NCBI RefSeq assembly: GCF_900187275.1
Contig: NZ_LT906458.1
Coordinates: 1,080,001 to 1,112,000 of the forward strand
Direction: 5' to 3'
Source of the DNA: Pasteurella multocida
Lineage (GTDB): Bacteria > Pseudomonadota > Gammaproteobacteria > Enterobacterales > Pasteurellaceae
Length of the DNA stretch: 32,000 nt
A model generated the notes under the pieces. That model made no database searches. It was not told the DNA's origin and worked only from the letters and a program-made list of their open reading frames with translations. Each line of letters opens with the position of its first letter. The first letter of the stretch is position 1. The position numbers and the translations under genes were made by a program. Below are positions 11,763-23,077 of the stretch, piece by piece.

Positions 11763-13025
11763 ATGGAACTACTTAATCAATATGGTACTTTGCTCGTTTT
11801 TATTACGGCTGCATTTGGTTTTTTCATGGCCTTTGGTATTGGTGCGAATGATGTATCAAATGCAATGGGCACCTCTGTTGGCTCAGGTACTATTACTGCC
11901 AAGCAAGCCATTATTATTGCAATGATTTTTGAATCCGCCGGGGCTTATTTGGCGGGCGGTGAAGTGACCGAAACCATTAAAAGCGGCATCATTGATCCCA
12001 TGAAATTTGTGGACACACCAGATATTTTAGTCTTAGGGATGATGGCGGCGCTATTTGCTTCTGGATTATGGTTATTAATTGCTTCACGCATGGGTTGGCC
12101 TGTATCTACTACGCATTCGATTGTCGGTGCGGTGGTTGGCTTTGCTTGCGTCACCGTGGGTAAAGAGGCTGTAGAATGGAGCACAATTAAAAACATTGTC
12201 GGCAGTTGGTTTATCACACCGGTTATTGCGGGCATTGTCGCTTACGGTATTTTTGCCAGCACGCAAAAATTGATTTTCGATACTGATGAACCCTTAAAAA
12301 ATGCACAAAAATATGGTCCTTACTACATGGGGATCACCGCTTTTATTCTATGTATTGTGACATTAACGAAAGGGCTAAAACACATTGGTTTACATTTAAA
12401 TGGCTTTGAAGTCTTTCTGATTTCATTAGTGATTGGCATTATTTCTATCGTGGTGTGCTATTTTTATTTCAGAAGCCCAAATTTCATCCAAAAAGTACAA
12501 CGTGGTACCTTTGGTGGTGTTGAGAAAGTATTCAGTATTCTAATGCTTCTGACAGCTTGTGCTATGGCATTCGCACATGGTTCTAATGATGTCGCTAATG
12601 CGATTGGTCCACTTTCTGCGGTCGTTTCGATTGTAGAACATGGTGGGCAAATTTTGCCAAAAACACAATTGGCTTGGTGGATCTTACCACTTGGTGCAAT
12701 CGGTATTGTGATGGGCTTAGTCGTATTGGGTTATAAAGTGATGGCAACCATTGGAACAGGCATCACGGATCTCACGCCGAGTCGTGGTTTTGCGGCGCAA
12801 TTTGCGACAGCCATCACCGTTGTTGTGGCGTCAGGTACTGGTTTGCCAATTTCAACCACGCAAACATTGGTAGGCGCCGTATTAGGTGTCGGTTTTGCAC
12901 GTGGTATTGCTGCACTCAACCTGAATGTGATCCGCAATATTATTGCTTCTTGGATCGTCACCTTACCTGCAGGTGCATTTTTTGCCATTATCATTTATTA
13001 TGTACTTAGCTTTATTTTCCACTAA
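11763..13025 (+). CDS. PiT-family inorganic phosphate transporter
   Basis: GIGANDVSNAMGTSVGSG and repeated FAHGSNDVANAIGP signatures, two-repeat polytopic membrane protein, partnered with a DUF47 gene. Confidence 0.93.
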   Translation: MELLNQYGTLLVFITAAFGFFMAFGIGANDVSNAMGTSVGSGTITAKQAIIIAMIFESAGAYLAGGEVTETIKSGIIDPMKFVDTPDILVLGMMAALFASGLWLLIASRMGWPVSTTHSIVGAVVGFACVTVGKEAVEWSTIKNIVGSWFITPVIAGIVAYGIFASTQKLIFDTDEPLKNAQKYGPYYMGITAFILCIVTLTKGLKHIGLHLNGFEVFLISLVIGIISIVVCYFYFRSPNFIQKVQRGTFGGVEKVFSILMLLTACAMAFAHGSNDVANAIGPLSAVVSIVEHGGQILPKTQLAWWILPLGAIGIVMGLVVLGYKVMATIGTGITDLTPSRGFAAQFATAITVVVASGTGLPISTTQTLVGAVLGVGFARGIAALNLNVIRNIIASWIVTLPAGAFFAIIIYYVLSFIFH

Positions 13026-13033
13026 TATGTTAT

Positions 13034-13062
13034 AAAGTGTGGTGCCTAAGCCACACTTTTCA
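13034..13062 (+). terminator. Terminator or attenuator after the PiT gene
   Basis: 9-bp stem AAAGTGTGG (13034-13042) / CCACACTTT (13051-13059), followed by a T-rich stretch. Confidence 0.65.
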
Positions 13063-13089
13063 TTTTGTTTTACTATAGGATATTGTTTT

Positions 13090-13700
13090 ATGCAAAAAAT
13101 CGCTAAAGTCTTACTCTCTTGTCTTTTTCTTAGTGTATCCATGCAAGTTGCCTACGCAGAAACCAGATATGTCACAGAAAACTTAAGCACATTTTTGCGT
13201 AAAGGCGCAGGCGAACAATATAAAATTGCGGGCGCTATCCGAGCAGGCGAAGCGGTCACGGTTTTAGATCAAAAAGACCGTTATACCTTAATCCGTGATA
13301 GCAAAATCGTGATGCTTGGATCTTAACCAGTGAGTTAACTTCTACTCCAAGTAGTAAAGAAGAAAATCCTAAGTTAAAGACTCAGATCCAAGAATTGACC
13401 ATGAAACTGAACCGCTTAGATAGTGACTGGCAACAACGTACTAGTGAAATGCAGCGTCGTGCTAACCAAGCGGAGCAACAAAGCAGTCAATTACTTGAAC
13501 AAAACTCTCAGCTAAAACGTGAGTTAGAAATCACCAAAAATAAAAACCGTGATCTTGAAGCAATGCTAGATGCGGGTAAACGTGAAATTGCGATCCAATG
13601 GTTTATCTATGGTGGCTCTGTTCTTGGTGTGGGTTTATTGTTAGGTTTGTTAATCCCATTCATTCTACCAAAACGCCGTCGCAATAATGGTTGGGCATAA
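13090..13700 (+). pseudogene. TIGR04211/YgiM-like SH3 domain protein, reading frame split by an apparent 1-nt deletion
   Basis: ORF 13039..13326 (true start probably ATG 13090) has signal peptide plus RYVTENLSTFLRKGAGEQYKIAGAIRAGEAVTVL. The -1 frame continues SKNRDAWILTSELTSTPSSKEENPKLKTQIQELTMKLNRL into ORF 13395..13700, which ends IQWFIYGGSVLGVGLLLGLLIPFILPKRR, as in YgiM. Adding one A at 13303-13306 would give a 203-aa protein. Confidence 0.85.
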
Positions 13701-13709
13701 CGATCAACG

Positions 13710-14984
13710 ATGAACAACAAGATAAAAATCTATTTAGTTGGAGGTGCTGTGCGAGATCAGCTCCTCAATCTTGTTGTGAAAGATCGTGATTGGGTCGTAG
13801 TTGGTGCAACGCCAGATGATTTACTATCACAAGGCTATCAACAAGTCGGCAAAGACTTTCCTGTTTTTCTGCATCCCCAAACAAAAGAAGAATATGCTCT
13901 CGCTAGAACAGAACGTAAAGCGGGTAGCGGCTATACTGGCTTCATTTGTGATTTTTCACCTACAATTTCTTTGGAACAAGATTTAAGTCGACGTGATTTA
14001 ACTATCAATGCGCTCGCTCAAGATCTTGACGGAAAAATCTATGATTTTTATGGTGGTCTTACGGATTTAAAACAACGTCTTTTACGCCACGTTTCCCCCG
14101 CCTTTGCAGAAGATCCGCTACGCGTATTACGTGTGGCACGTTTTGCTGCTCGCTACCATACTCTTGGCTTCACTATTGCATCTGAAACCTGCGAATTGAT
14201 GCAACAGTTATCACAAAGTGGTGAGCTGTCAAACCTAACCGCAGAACGTGTCTGGTTAGAAACAGAAAAAGCCTTATTAGAACCGCATCCTGAAGTGTAT
14301 TTCCAAACGCTACAAGAGGTGGGCGCATTACAAGTACTGTTTCCTGAATTAGCTGCATTACAGGGCGTCCCCAATCCCGCGAAATACCATCCAGAAATAG
14401 ATACGTTTGTGCATACTATGCTGGTCCTACAACAAGCAGTCTTGTTGACAGAAAACACGGACAGTGACAAAAGTGCGGTACGTTTTGCTGCAATTTGTCA
14501 TGATTTAGGAAAAGCCTTAACACCAAAAGAAATATTGCCACATCATTATGGACATGAAAAAGCTGGTGTCATGCCGACAAGACGCTTATGTCAGCGCTTT
14601 AAATTACCTCACGCAATTCAAGATTTTGCAGAACTTTGTTGTGAATATCATTCGCACATACACAAAGCCTTTGAATTACGTGCGGAGACAATATTGAAAT
14701 TATTCAATCGTCTAGATGTCTGGCGTAAGCCGGAACGTTTTAAAGCACTTTTGTTAGTCTGTATTGCAGACACGCGTGGTAGGACCGGATTTGAACAAGT
14801 TGACTATCCACAACGTGAATTTCTCTGGCAACTTTATCAAAGTGCTCTGCAGGTCAACGTGCAAGACATCATCCAACAAGGTTTCCAGCAGCAAGCCATT
14901 CGTGATGAACTCAATCGCCGTCGTATAATCGCGATTAAACAGACACGCGCGGAAATCCTCCCGCGCTTTACTAATCCGTGTTAA
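13710..14984 (+). CDS. cca: CCA-adding tRNA nucleotidyltransferase
   Basis: [39 protein letters not shown] and HD-domain CHDLGKALT motifs. Confidence 0.97.
   Translation: MNNKIKIYLVGGAVRDQLLNLVVKDRDWVVVGATPDDLLSQGYQQVGKDFPVFLHPQTKEEYALARTERKAGSGYTGFICDFSPTISLEQDLSRRDLTINALAQDLDGKIYDFYGGLTDLKQRLLRHVSPAFAEDPLRVLRVARFAARYHTLGFTIASETCELMQQLSQSGELSNLTAERVWLETEKALLEPHPEVYFQTLQEVGALQVLFPELAALQGVPNPAKYHPEIDTFVHTMLVLQQAVLLTENTDSDKSAVRFAAICHDLGKALTPKEILPHHYGHEKAGVMPTRRLCQRFKLPHAIQDFAELCCEYHSHIHKAFELRAETILKLFNRLDVWRKPERFKALLLVCIADTRGRTGFEQVDYPQREFLWQLYQSALQVNVQDIIQQGFQQQAIRDELNRRRIIAIKQTRAEILPRFTNPC
14470..14479 (+). other. Uptake signal sequence inside cca
   Basis: Exact AAAGTGCGGT. Confidence 0.85.
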
Positions 14985-15024
14985 GCTCGTAAAATAATCA
15001 CAATTTTGAGTACTTTTATTGGTT

Positions 15025-15642
15025 ATGAAAAAACAACATTTTCTTTTGCCTATCATTGCAAGTTTCTTTTTATTTGCTTGTACCCTGGATACAGAACGTC
15101 CAACGGATGTGAAATATATCAGTCACACCGATCCCACGTGGCAACAACATTTATCTCAACTTAAGAAGATTCGCGATTACACTAACCAAGGTCAGTTAGG
15201 TTATATCAGTCAGAAAGAACGATTTTCTACTCGTTTTGACTGGCAATACCAAAATCCAACCAACTACCGTCTAACCTTGTCTTCCACACTGAGCCCAACA
15301 ACCCTATCTATTGAAGTACGTCATAATGTTATGCACCTGTCTGATAATAAAGGACCTCTCCGCTCAGCACAGGATGCCAAGCGGTTACTGAAAGAGATTG
15401 TTGGGATGGATTTACCGCTTGACCAATTCGCCCTTTGGTTAAAAGGACAGCCTGATGAGAGTCGGGAATATCGAGTCGCTGAAAATCACTTACTCGCCCA
15501 CTTTAGCTATCCTATCGATAATCAACAATGGACAGCGGATTACTTAAGCTATCATCAACTTCCACTTCCTTTACCGAAGGATATTTTGTTGAAGACAGAA
15601 GGGCAAACTTTAAAGATTCGTATCGATAACTGGACTTATTAA
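15025..15642 (+). CDS. lolB: Outer-membrane lipoprotein LolB
   Basis: Lipobox LFACT, QLKKIRDYTNQGQLGYISQKERFSTRFDWQYQNPTNYRLTL; located directly upstream of ispE. Confidence 0.94.
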   Translation: MKKQHFLLPIIASFFLFACTLDTERPTDVKYISHTDPTWQQHLSQLKKIRDYTNQGQLGYISQKERFSTRFDWQYQNPTNYRLTLSSTLSPTTLSIEVRHNVMHLSDNKGPLRSAQDAKRLLKEIVGMDLPLDQFALWLKGQPDESREYRVAENHLLAHFSYPIDNQQWTADYLSYHQLPLPLPKDILLKTEGQTLKIRIDNWTY

Positions 15643-16529
15643 TGCAACATTATCATTTTTCTCACTCACTTTTAGCACAACAAGAAAAACCATATCGTTT
15701 CCCTTGTCCGGCTAAACTTAACTTATTTCTCTACATTAATGGGAAACGTCAAGATGGTTATCACGAACTACAAACCCTTTTTCAATTTGTTGATTTTGGT
15801 GATTGGTTAGATATTGAGGTTCGCGAAGATAACGAAATCTGCCTAACGCCAGAACTCCCCTCACTAAAAAATGAAGATAATTTAGTCTATCGCGCAGCAA
15901 AATTACTGCAACAAAAAACCAATTGTGCTTTAGGCGCCAATCTGACACTTGATAAGATTCTACCGATGGGAAGTGGGCTCGGGGGAGGCTCGTCTAATGC
16001 GGCAACAGCATTAGTCGCATTAAATTACCTGTGGAATACGCAACTCAGCACAAAACAACTTGCTAAACTAGGATTAATGCTCGGTGCAGACGTACCAATT
16101 TTTGTCCATGGTCACGCGGCATTTGCTGAAGGAGTAGGTGAAAAAATTACTTATTGTGAGCCAAAAGAGAAATGGTATGTGGTTTTAAAGCCAAATGTGT
16201 CTATATCAACCGCGACCGTCTTTTCTGATCCAGATTTAATTCGTAATACCCCTAAGCAATCTCTGGAGCAACTCCTCAATCAAAAATATACAAACGATTG
16301 TGAAAAAGTTGTGTTAAATCATTATCCAGAGGTTGAAGAAATACTCCACAGATTGTTACAATATGCGCCATCAAGATTAACAGGCACCGGCGCTTGTGTA
16401 TTTGCCGAATTTAATGACGAAGAAAGTGCACAACTCGCATTTCAAACAATACCCAAAAACTATTTTGGTTTTGTCGCACAAGGATTAAATAAATCACCTT
16501 TACATAATATGCTAGCGAAAATCAGCTAG
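15642..16529 (+). CDS. ispE: 4-diphosphocytidyl-2-C-methyl-D-erythritol kinase
   Basis: CPAKLNLFLYINGKRQDGYHELQTLFQF and GHMP motif LPMGSGLGGGSSNAATAL; start overlaps the lolB stop as TAATG. Confidence 0.97.
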   Translation: MQHYHFSHSLLAQQEKPYRFPCPAKLNLFLYINGKRQDGYHELQTLFQFVDFGDWLDIEVREDNEICLTPELPSLKNEDNLVYRAAKLLQQKTNCALGANLTLDKILPMGSGLGGGSSNAATALVALNYLWNTQLSTKQLAKLGLMLGADVPIFVHGHAAFAEGVGEKITYCEPKEKWYVVLKPNVSISTATVFSDPDLIRNTPKQSLEQLLNQKYTNDCEKVVLNHYPEVEEILHRLLQYAPSRLTGTGACVFAEFNDEESAQLAFQTIPKNYFGFVAQGLNKSPLHNMLAKIS

Positions 16530-16598
16530 CTCGATAATAACGAATTTACTCAACCATTTTTATTTCTTTACAATCTAAACCTCGAGGTTCAATTAACA

Positions 16599-17546
16599 AT
16601 GCCTGATATAAAACTCTTTACTGGTAATGCAACACCAGAACTAGCAAAACGAATTTCTGAACGTTTATATCTCTCATTAGGTGATGCGACTGTTGGTCGT
16701 TTCAGTGATGGAGAAATTCAAGTTCAGATCAACGAAAACGTACGTGGTAGTGATGTGTTCATTATTCAATCTACTTGTGCCCCAACAAACGATAACCTAA
16801 TGGAGTTGATTGTCATGGTTGATGCGTTACGTCGAGCATCTGCTGGTCGTATTACCGCGGTAATTCCTTATTTTGGTTATGCACGCCAAGATCGTCGTGT
16901 CCGCTCTGCTCGTGTACCGATTACAGCAAAAGTCGTGGCAGACTTCCTTTCTAGTGTAGGTGTCGATCGCGTGTTAACTTGTGATTTACACGCGGAACAA
17001 ATCCAAGGTTTTTTTGATGTGCCTGTTGATAACGTCTTTGGTTCACCTGTATTAGTGCATGATATGTTAAAGAAAATCGACATGCAAAATCCGATTGTCG
17101 TTTCACCAGATATTGGAGGCGTCGTACGTGCCCGCGCTATCGCAAAATTACTGAATGATACCGATATGGCAATTATTGATAAACGTCGTCCACGTGCCAA
17201 TGTAGCACAAGTCATGCATATTATCGGGGATGTTGCAGGTCGTGATTGTATTCTTGTGGATGATATGATTGATACTGGTGGGACATTATGTAAAGCGGCT
17301 GAAGCCTTAAAAGAACGCGGGGCTAAACGTGTTTTTGCCTATGCGACTCACGCAGTATTCTCTGGCTCGGCTGCGAAAAATCTTGCCAGTGATGCATTAG
17401 ATGAGGTGGTAGTAACAGACACGATCCCCCTTTCACCAGAAATTAAAGCATTAAACAAAGTCCGCGTATTAACCCTTTCAGGTATGTTGGCTGAAGCTAT
17501 TCGTCGTATCAGTAACGAAGAATCAATTTCTGCAATGTTCACCTAG
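16599..17546 (+). CDS. prs: Ribose-phosphate pyrophosphokinase
   Basis: [55 protein letters not shown]. Confidence 0.98.
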   Translation: MPDIKLFTGNATPELAKRISERLYLSLGDATVGRFSDGEIQVQINENVRGSDVFIIQSTCAPTNDNLMELIVMVDALRRASAGRITAVIPYFGYARQDRRVRSARVPITAKVVADFLSSVGVDRVLTCDLHAEQIQGFFDVPVDNVFGSPVLVHDMLKKIDMQNPIVVSPDIGGVVRARAIAKLLNDTDMAIIDKRRPRANVAQVMHIIGDVAGRDCILVDDMIDTGGTLCKAAEALKERGAKRVFAYATHAVFSGSAAKNLASDALDEVVVTDTIPLSPEIKALNKVRVLTLSGMLAEAIRRISNEESISAMFT

Positions 17547-17556
17547 TCAAATGACA

Positions 17557-17601
17557 AAAAAAGTGCGGTTAAAAATATTGAATTTTTAACCGCACTTTTT
17601 T
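17557..17601. terminator. Bidirectional terminator built from two inverted uptake signal sequences
   Basis: About 19-bp stem AAAAAAGTGCGGTTAAAAA (17557-17575) / TTTTTAACCGCACTTTTTT (17583-17601), between convergent prs and the M23 peptidase gene. Confidence 0.9.
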
Positions 17602-17621
17602 ATCTCGATAAGCGTCGTCTT

Positions 17622-19259
17622 TTATAGTCTGAGCTGCCGCTCAATTTCTTTCGCTTTCACTAAGAATTGTTTACGCTCAGCAGTTCCCATACCACTACTT
17701 GTTCCCGGTAATTTCACAGTCAATGGATTAACCGCGCGACCATTAATATGAAATTCATAATGTAAATGCGGTCCTGTCGAACGCCCTGTATTTCCCGAAA
17801 GAGCAATACGTTGACCACGTTTAACATTTTGCCCTGCTTTGACTAGAGCACGGCTTAAGTGCATATAAACGGTTTGATATTCACGCCCATGTCGTACCAC
17901 AATATAACGTCCTGCGCCATTTGCTTGATACGCGACTTTTTCCACAATACCATCCGCCGGTGCAATGACCGGTGTACCAACGGGCATAGCAAAATCCACG
18001 CCTTTATGTGGTGCAATACGCCCAGTCACAGGGTGGCGTCGATAGGGATTAAAATGAGAAGAAACGCGAGCCTGACGTTGTAAAGGATAACGAGCAAAAC
18101 CTTTGCCTAGCGTTTCGCCTTGGCGATTATAATAACGCCCATTACTCGCTTGAATCGCATAATAACTTTTGCCAGCTGAAATAATATGGATTCCATCCAC
18201 ATTACCTTGTCCCGTCAGCTTCCCTTCAATATATTCACGTGTCACTAATACCGCAAATTTATCGCCTTTTTTTAGCCGTTTTAAATTAATTTGCCATTGT
18301 AATGCATTCGCAAGTTGATTAATTTGGCGGATATCTAAACCTAATGTTCTTAATGCGGTATTAAAAAAACCGTCAATTCTGCCTTTTAACACCTCTTTTT
18401 TCCAAACACTTTGTTTCTTTAAAATTTCACGCTGATATTGACCATCTGCTGTTTTTTCGTAGATTTTTTCTTCTCTCTCTGAAACCAACCAATTAAGGTA
18501 TTCGAGTTCGCCTTGGTTATCTAAGATCCAATAAAATTGCTGACCCGGCTTTAAGTTTTTAAATTCAGGATAGGCTTTAATTAAGCGCTCGCTTACACTG
18601 GCATCTAAGCCAGACAACTCTAAAACATCTTTTAAGGAATCCCCTTTTACCACCGTGTGGCTGAACTGATTTTTAATCCGCATTGCCTGATCCATAACAT
18701 CAAACAAATCACTCAGCGCATGACGAACAGGTTCAGGAAAGGCTGCCAATTCATCTAGCATATCGGGTTTGATTTCATCAACCTCATCATCTTTTGCTTC
18801 TAAATCATCATAAAAAGACGTTGCATCTAGTGTATTTTCTGCGGGTTTTGCTGTCGTTTCTTGTGACGATGCATCTACTTGAGTGTCACTGTTTTTTTCA
18901 TCCATACTGACAGCGGAAGACTCAGTATGATGTTCTGTTATCGCTTGCTTTTCTACTGATTCCGCGGATGAGGGAGGAGAAAGGGTGCTATCCGCTTGTA
19001 CCGAAGAAGGCGATTCTACCGTGGCTGTAGATAAGGCAGGTTGCTTTTCAATTTGAGTTTCTGTTTGTGTTTGGCTATCTGCACTTGAATCTTGCCCTTC
19101 TTCTTTTTTTCCCAACGATACAACGAGAACGATGAATAAAATAATGCTAAAAAAAATTGCGATCTTAATCTGCAATTTTCTTCTTCGTCTATCTCTTGCT
19201 AATTTAACGTGCCGCACGCTTCTATTCCTTTGTTTCTCAATTCGTTTAATTATGACCAA
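17622..19259 (-). CDS. mepM: M23 family murein endopeptidase, MepM-like (OapA/LysM-like N-terminal region)
   Basis: [51 protein letters not shown] and [22 protein letters not shown]; [16 protein letters not shown] repeat; divergent from znuC as in E. coli apart from the missing znuA. Confidence 0.92.
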   Translation of the reverse strand: MVIIKRIEKQRNRSVRHVKLARDRRRRKLQIKIAIFFSIILFIVLVVSLGKKEEGQDSSADSQTQTETQIEKQPALSTATVESPSSVQADSTLSPPSSAESVEKQAITEHHTESSAVSMDEKNSDTQVDASSQETTAKPAENTLDATSFYDDLEAKDDEVDEIKPDMLDELAAFPEPVRHALSDLFDVMDQAMRIKNQFSHTVVKGDSLKDVLELSGLDASVSERLIKAYPEFKNLKPGQQFYWILDNQGELEYLNWLVSEREEKIYEKTADGQYQREILKKQSVWKKEVLKGRIDGFFNTALRTLGLDIRQINQLANALQWQINLKRLKKGDKFAVLVTREYIEGKLTGQGNVDGIHIISAGKSYYAIQASNGRYYNRQGETLGKGFARYPLQRQARVSSHFNPYRRHPVTGRIAPHKGVDFAMPVGTPVIAPADGIVEKVAYQANGAGRYIVVRHGREYQTVYMHLSRALVKAGQNVKRGQRIALSGNTGRSTGPHLHYEFHINGRAVNPLTVKLPGTSSGMGTAERKQFLVKAKEIERQLRL

Positions 19260-19409
19260 GCAAACAATAAAAAATTCAACGGAATGTTAAAAAAGGCATA
19301 TGAATGCCCAAATTGTATTCATCGTACTTATTTTCATTGGATAAACTTGTTAAACGAATCAAAATAAGCTATTTTTACTGCAACTTTAAGCCGTCAAGTC
19401 TAGCAAATA

Positions 19410-20201
19410 ATGCACATTCATTCTATAAAATTACCCTTAGTTGAATTAAAAAACATCAATGTTGTTTTTGAACAGAAAAAAGCATTACAAAATATCAATT
19501 TAACCCTTTATCCCAATTCGATCATTACGATTGTCGGTCCTAATGGTGGCGGAAAATCAACCTTATTAAAGGTATTACTCAAATTGCTTCCCCCTACTTC
19601 GGGACAAGTTATTTACCATAAAAACTTACGTATTGGTTACGTGCCGCAAAAAATTCACTTAGATCATAGTCTGCCGATTACTGTTGAACGCTTTTTATCA
19701 CTCAAAAAAGGGATTTCTCGCCAAGCTATCCAAGACGCTTTGTCATTATTGTCAATTAGTCACTTACATAAAAATAGCCTACAAAAATTATCTGGTGGAG
19801 AGATGCAACGGGTACTCTTAGCCCGCGCTATCTTGAATAAACCAAATTTATTGGTATTAGATGAACCAACGCAAGGCGTCGATATCAATGGGCAAGCAGA
19901 ACTTTATCAGTTAATTCAACAAACACAGCAACAATTAAATTGTGCCATTCTCATGGTTTCTCACGATCTCAATATTGTGATGGCAGATACCAATGAAGTG
20001 CTCTGTATTAATCAACATATTTGCTGTGCGGGAACACCAGAAACGGTTTCAAATGATCCCACGTTTATTCATTTCTTTGGTGACCAATTTGCCAAAAATG
20101 TCGCACTATATACCCATAAACACAACCATAAACATGACATACATGGCGATATTTGCTGTACGTCAGATTTCCAATCTCAACAATGTACTCATAAAGAATA
20201 G
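19410..20201 (+). CDS. znuC: Zinc ABC transporter ATP-binding protein ZnuC
   Basis: [60 protein letters not shown] and a His-rich C-terminus ([11 protein letters not shown]). Confidence 0.95.
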   Translation: MHIHSIKLPLVELKNINVVFEQKKALQNINLTLYPNSIITIVGPNGGGKSTLLKVLLKLLPPTSGQVIYHKNLRIGYVPQKIHLDHSLPITVERFLSLKKGISRQAIQDALSLLSISHLHKNSLQKLSGGEMQRVLLARAILNKPNLLVLDEPTQGVDINGQAELYQLIQQTQQQLNCAILMVSHDLNIVMADTNEVLCINQHICCAGTPETVSNDPTFIHFFGDQFAKNVALYTHKHNHKHDIHGDICCTSDFQSQQCTHKE

Positions 20202-20209
20202 GATAAATC

Positions 20210-20995
20210 ATGTTTGAAATTCTTTTTCCCGCTTGGCTGACCGGTATGTTGCTTTCCCTGATTACAGCACCACTCGGTGCTTTTGTGGTCTGGCGAAAAA
20301 TGGCTTACTTTGGTGATACACTTGCTCATTCCGCATTACTTGGAGTGGCATTGGGAATTTTCCTAGATATCAACCCTTACCTTTCGATTGTGCTGCTGAC
20401 GTTAATCCTCGCCATCCTCATGGTATGGCTAGAAGGGAAAACACAATTTTCGGTGGATACATTACTTGGCATCATTGCGCACAGTTGTTTATCGCTGGGT
20501 GTGGTCACCGTTGGCTTATTGCAAAATGTCCGCGTGGATTTAATGGCTTATCTTTTTGGCGATCTATTAGCCATGAACTATGAGGATTTAGTGGTGATTG
20601 GTATAGGTGTTGTATTTGTGCTGGTGACATTATTGTATTTCTGGCATCCGCTCCTTTCGACCACAGTCAGTCCAGAACTTGCACAAGTTGAAGGGGTAAA
20701 TGTGCAGAAAATGCGTTTTATTTTAATGATCTTAACCGCACTGACGATTGCACTTAGTATGAAATTTGTTGGTGCCTTAATTATCACCTCACTCCTGATT
20801 ATTCCTTCCGCCACGGCAAGGCGGTTTGCCAAAACCCCAGAGAGTATGGTGTTCATTGCAATTCTTATAAGTATGCTTTCAATTAGTTTGGGCTTATTAC
20901 TTTCCGCTTACTACGATACCGCAGCAGGTCCTTCTGTGGTCATCTGCGCTAGTTTGTTATTCTTGTTGTCATTAATGAAAAAAGAACATAATTAA
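20210..20995 (+). CDS. znuB: Zinc ABC transporter permease ZnuB
   Basis: Polytopic ABC-3 permease, [22 protein letters not shown]-type and [21 protein letters not shown] motifs; adjacent to znuC. Confidence 0.95.
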   Translation: MFEILFPAWLTGMLLSLITAPLGAFVVWRKMAYFGDTLAHSALLGVALGIFLDINPYLSIVLLTLILAILMVWLEGKTQFSVDTLLGIIAHSCLSLGVVTVGLLQNVRVDLMAYLFGDLLAMNYEDLVVIGIGVVFVLVTLLYFWHPLLSTTVSPELAQVEGVNVQKMRFILMILTALTIALSMKFVGALIITSLLIIPSATARRFAKTPESMVFIAILISMLSISLGLLLSAYYDTAAGPSVVICASLLFLLSLMKKEHN

Positions 20996-21037
20996 ACCGC
21001 TAAAGAGCGGTCCCATTTACACTTTTTTCACGAACAT

Positions 21038-21063
21038 GAAAAAGCGAACCAAAGTTCGCTTTT
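21038..21063. terminator. Bidirectional terminator between convergent znuB and dppF
   Basis: 11-bp stem AAAAAGCGAAC (21038-21048) / GTTCGCTTTTT (21053-21063) with a 4-nt loop. Confidence 0.85.
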
Positions 21064-21071
21064 TATTTGCA

Positions 21072-22052
21072 TTAATCTAGCATAAAACAGGCAATCTTGC
21101 TGCCATCCTCATACTGTTTTAAAGCTGGTTTCTCGAGGGCACATTTTTCCATAGCAAAACGACAACGAGCATGGAAAGCACAGCCTTTAGGTGGACTTAA
21201 TGGACTCGGCAACTCACCTGTCAGTTTAATTCTTTCGCGACGATGTTCAGCTTCCAAACGCGGTGTAGCTGAAAGTAAGGCTTGCGTGTAAGGATGACGA
21301 GGATGGTTAAAAATTGCCTTCGTTTCACCTTGTTCAACACAACGCCCTAAATACATAACCATCACTTCATCGGCAATGTGTTCCACCACCGAAAGATCGT
21401 GGGAAATAAACACATAAGATAATCCCATTTCTTCTTGCAGATCCATCATCAAGTTTAATACTTGGGCACGGACAGACACATCAAGCGCAGAAACCGGTTC
21501 ATCCGCCACCACAATATCAGGACGCAACATTAACCCACGCGCAATCGCGATACGTTGACGTTGTCCCCCTGAGAACATGTGTGGATAGCGATCGTAAAAC
21601 TCTGGTTTTAAGCCCACTTTTTCCATCATTTCCAACACTTGCTGCTTACGTTCTTTGGCATTCAAATCCGTATTGATCAACAACGGCTCTTCTAAAATCG
21701 TGCCAATTTTTTTGCGTGGATTTAAAGAAGCATAAGGATTTTGAAACACAATTTGAATTTTCTTACGACGCAATTTTTGTGTGGCCGTGTCATTTTCCAA
21801 AAAGTTTTGTCCTTTATAGAAAAGTTCACCTTCTGTTGGGGCTTCAATCATGGTTAGCATGCGACCAAGTGTAGATTTACCACAACCTGACTCCCCCACG
21901 ATCGCCAATGTTTTACCGCGCTCTAAGGTAAATGAAACCCCATCTACCGCTTTCACTAACTTCGGCTTACTCAATATCCCTTTTTTAACGGGATAGTATT
22001 TTTTCAAATTCACTGCATCCAACAAAGGTGCTTGTCTCTCAAGTTCTTGCAT
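21072..22052 (-). CDS. dppF: Dipeptide ABC transporter ATP-binding protein DppF
   Basis: [70 protein letters not shown]. Likely start MQELERQ at 22052 rather than 22112. Confidence 0.93.
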   Translation of the reverse strand: MQELERQAPLLDAVNLKKYYPVKKGILSKPKLVKAVDGVSFTLERGKTLAIVGESGCGKSTLGRMLTMIEAPTEGELFYKGQNFLENDTATQKLRRKKIQIVFQNPYASLNPRKKIGTILEEPLLINTDLNAKERKQQVLEMMEKVGLKPEFYDRYPHMFSGGQRQRIAIARGLMLRPDIVVADEPVSALDVSVRAQVLNLMMDLQEEMGLSYVFISHDLSVVEHIADEVMVMYLGRCVEQGETKAIFNHPRHPYTQALLSATPRLEAEHRRERIKLTGELPSPLSPPKGCAFHARCRFAMEKCALEKPALKQYEDGSKIACFMLD

Positions 22053-22068
22053 ATTGTTCTCTTTCTTA

Positions 22069-23067
22069 TTATGACACTGCAAATTCTGTATAACTTGGCA
22101 TACCTTGCGCATTCAACGGCGTATGACATTTGACGCGATGTCCATTCACCAAACGGGTTTCTGGTTCTTGCTCACGACAACGATCTGTGGCGTATGGGCA
22201 ACGTGGATTTAATAAACAGCCTGTTGGGCGATCATATTTCCCCGGCACAACCCCCGGTAAAGATTGTAAACGTGATTTTCCTTCTGCAAATTCTGGTAAC
22301 GCACGTAATAGCGCTTGAGTATATGGATGGCGTGGACATTTAAAAATTTCCTCCGCTCGTCCTTCTTCAACCACTTGCCCTGCATACATCACAATAATGC
22401 GGTGGGCTGCTTCCGCGACTAAGGCAAGATCATGGGTGATCAGGATTAACGCCATATTTTCTTTACGCTGTAATTCCAGCAATAAATCAATAATCTGTGC
22501 TTGAATCGTCACGTCTAACGCAGTTGTCGGTTCATCTGCAATTAATAATTTCGGATTACAGGCAATCGCCATCGCAATCATCACACGTTGACTCATACCC
22601 CCCGATAATTGATGCGGATACACATCTAAACGCGAACGCGGATCAGGAATGCCCACTAAGGTTAATAATTCGATAGCACGTTCTTTACGCCATGCTTTAG
22701 CCCCACCTTGATGAACTTTGAGTGCTTCCATAATTTGATAACCCACCGTATAACTTGGGTTTAAACTGGTCATCGCATCTTGGAAAATCATGGACACATC
22801 GGCTCCCACAATTTTCTGCTTTTGTTTTTCAGTCAAGGCAAGTAAATCACTTTGATTAAACAGCAATTGTTCCGCTTGTACACGCCCTGGATAATCAATT
22901 AGGCCCATAATCGCGAGTGAGCTCACCGATTTTCCTGAACCTGATTCGCCAACAATACCTAATACTTCACCTTCATTGACCGTGTAACTGAGGCGATCCA
23001 CCGCTTTAAAAGGGGCATTTTCATCACCAAAATGCACCGAAAGATTTTCTACATTTAATAACGCCAT
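22069..23067 (-). CDS. dppD: Dipeptide ABC transporter ATP-binding protein DppD
   Basis: [15 protein letters not shown] start, [72 protein letters not shown]. Confidence 0.93.
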   Translation of the reverse strand: MALLNVENLSVHFGDENAPFKAVDRLSYTVNEGEVLGIVGESGSGKSVSSLAIMGLIDYPGRVQAEQLLFNQSDLLALTEKQKQKIVGADVSMIFQDAMTSLNPSYTVGYQIMEALKVHQGGAKAWRKERAIELLTLVGIPDPRSRLDVYPHQLSGGMSQRVMIAMAIACNPKLLIADEPTTALDVTIQAQIIDLLLELQRKENMALILITHDLALVAEAAHRIIVMYAGQVVEEGRAEEIFKCPRHPYTQALLRALPEFAEGKSRLQSLPGVVPGKYDRPTGCLLNPRCPYATDRCREQEPETRLVNGHRVKCHTPLNAQGMPSYTEFAVS

Positions 23068-23077
23068 GCTGCCCACC

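Noticed and set aside
13303-13306. Programmed -1 ribosomal frameshift as explanation for the ygiM-like split
   Set aside because: The site AGC AAA ATC is not a canonical slippery heptamer, only four A's are present, and continuous translation is the rule for this family, so mutation or sequencing error is preferred.
14153-15056. Minus-strand ORFs opposite cca (105 aa and 100 aa)
   Set aside because: Shadow ORFs on the complementary strand of a well-supported conserved gene.
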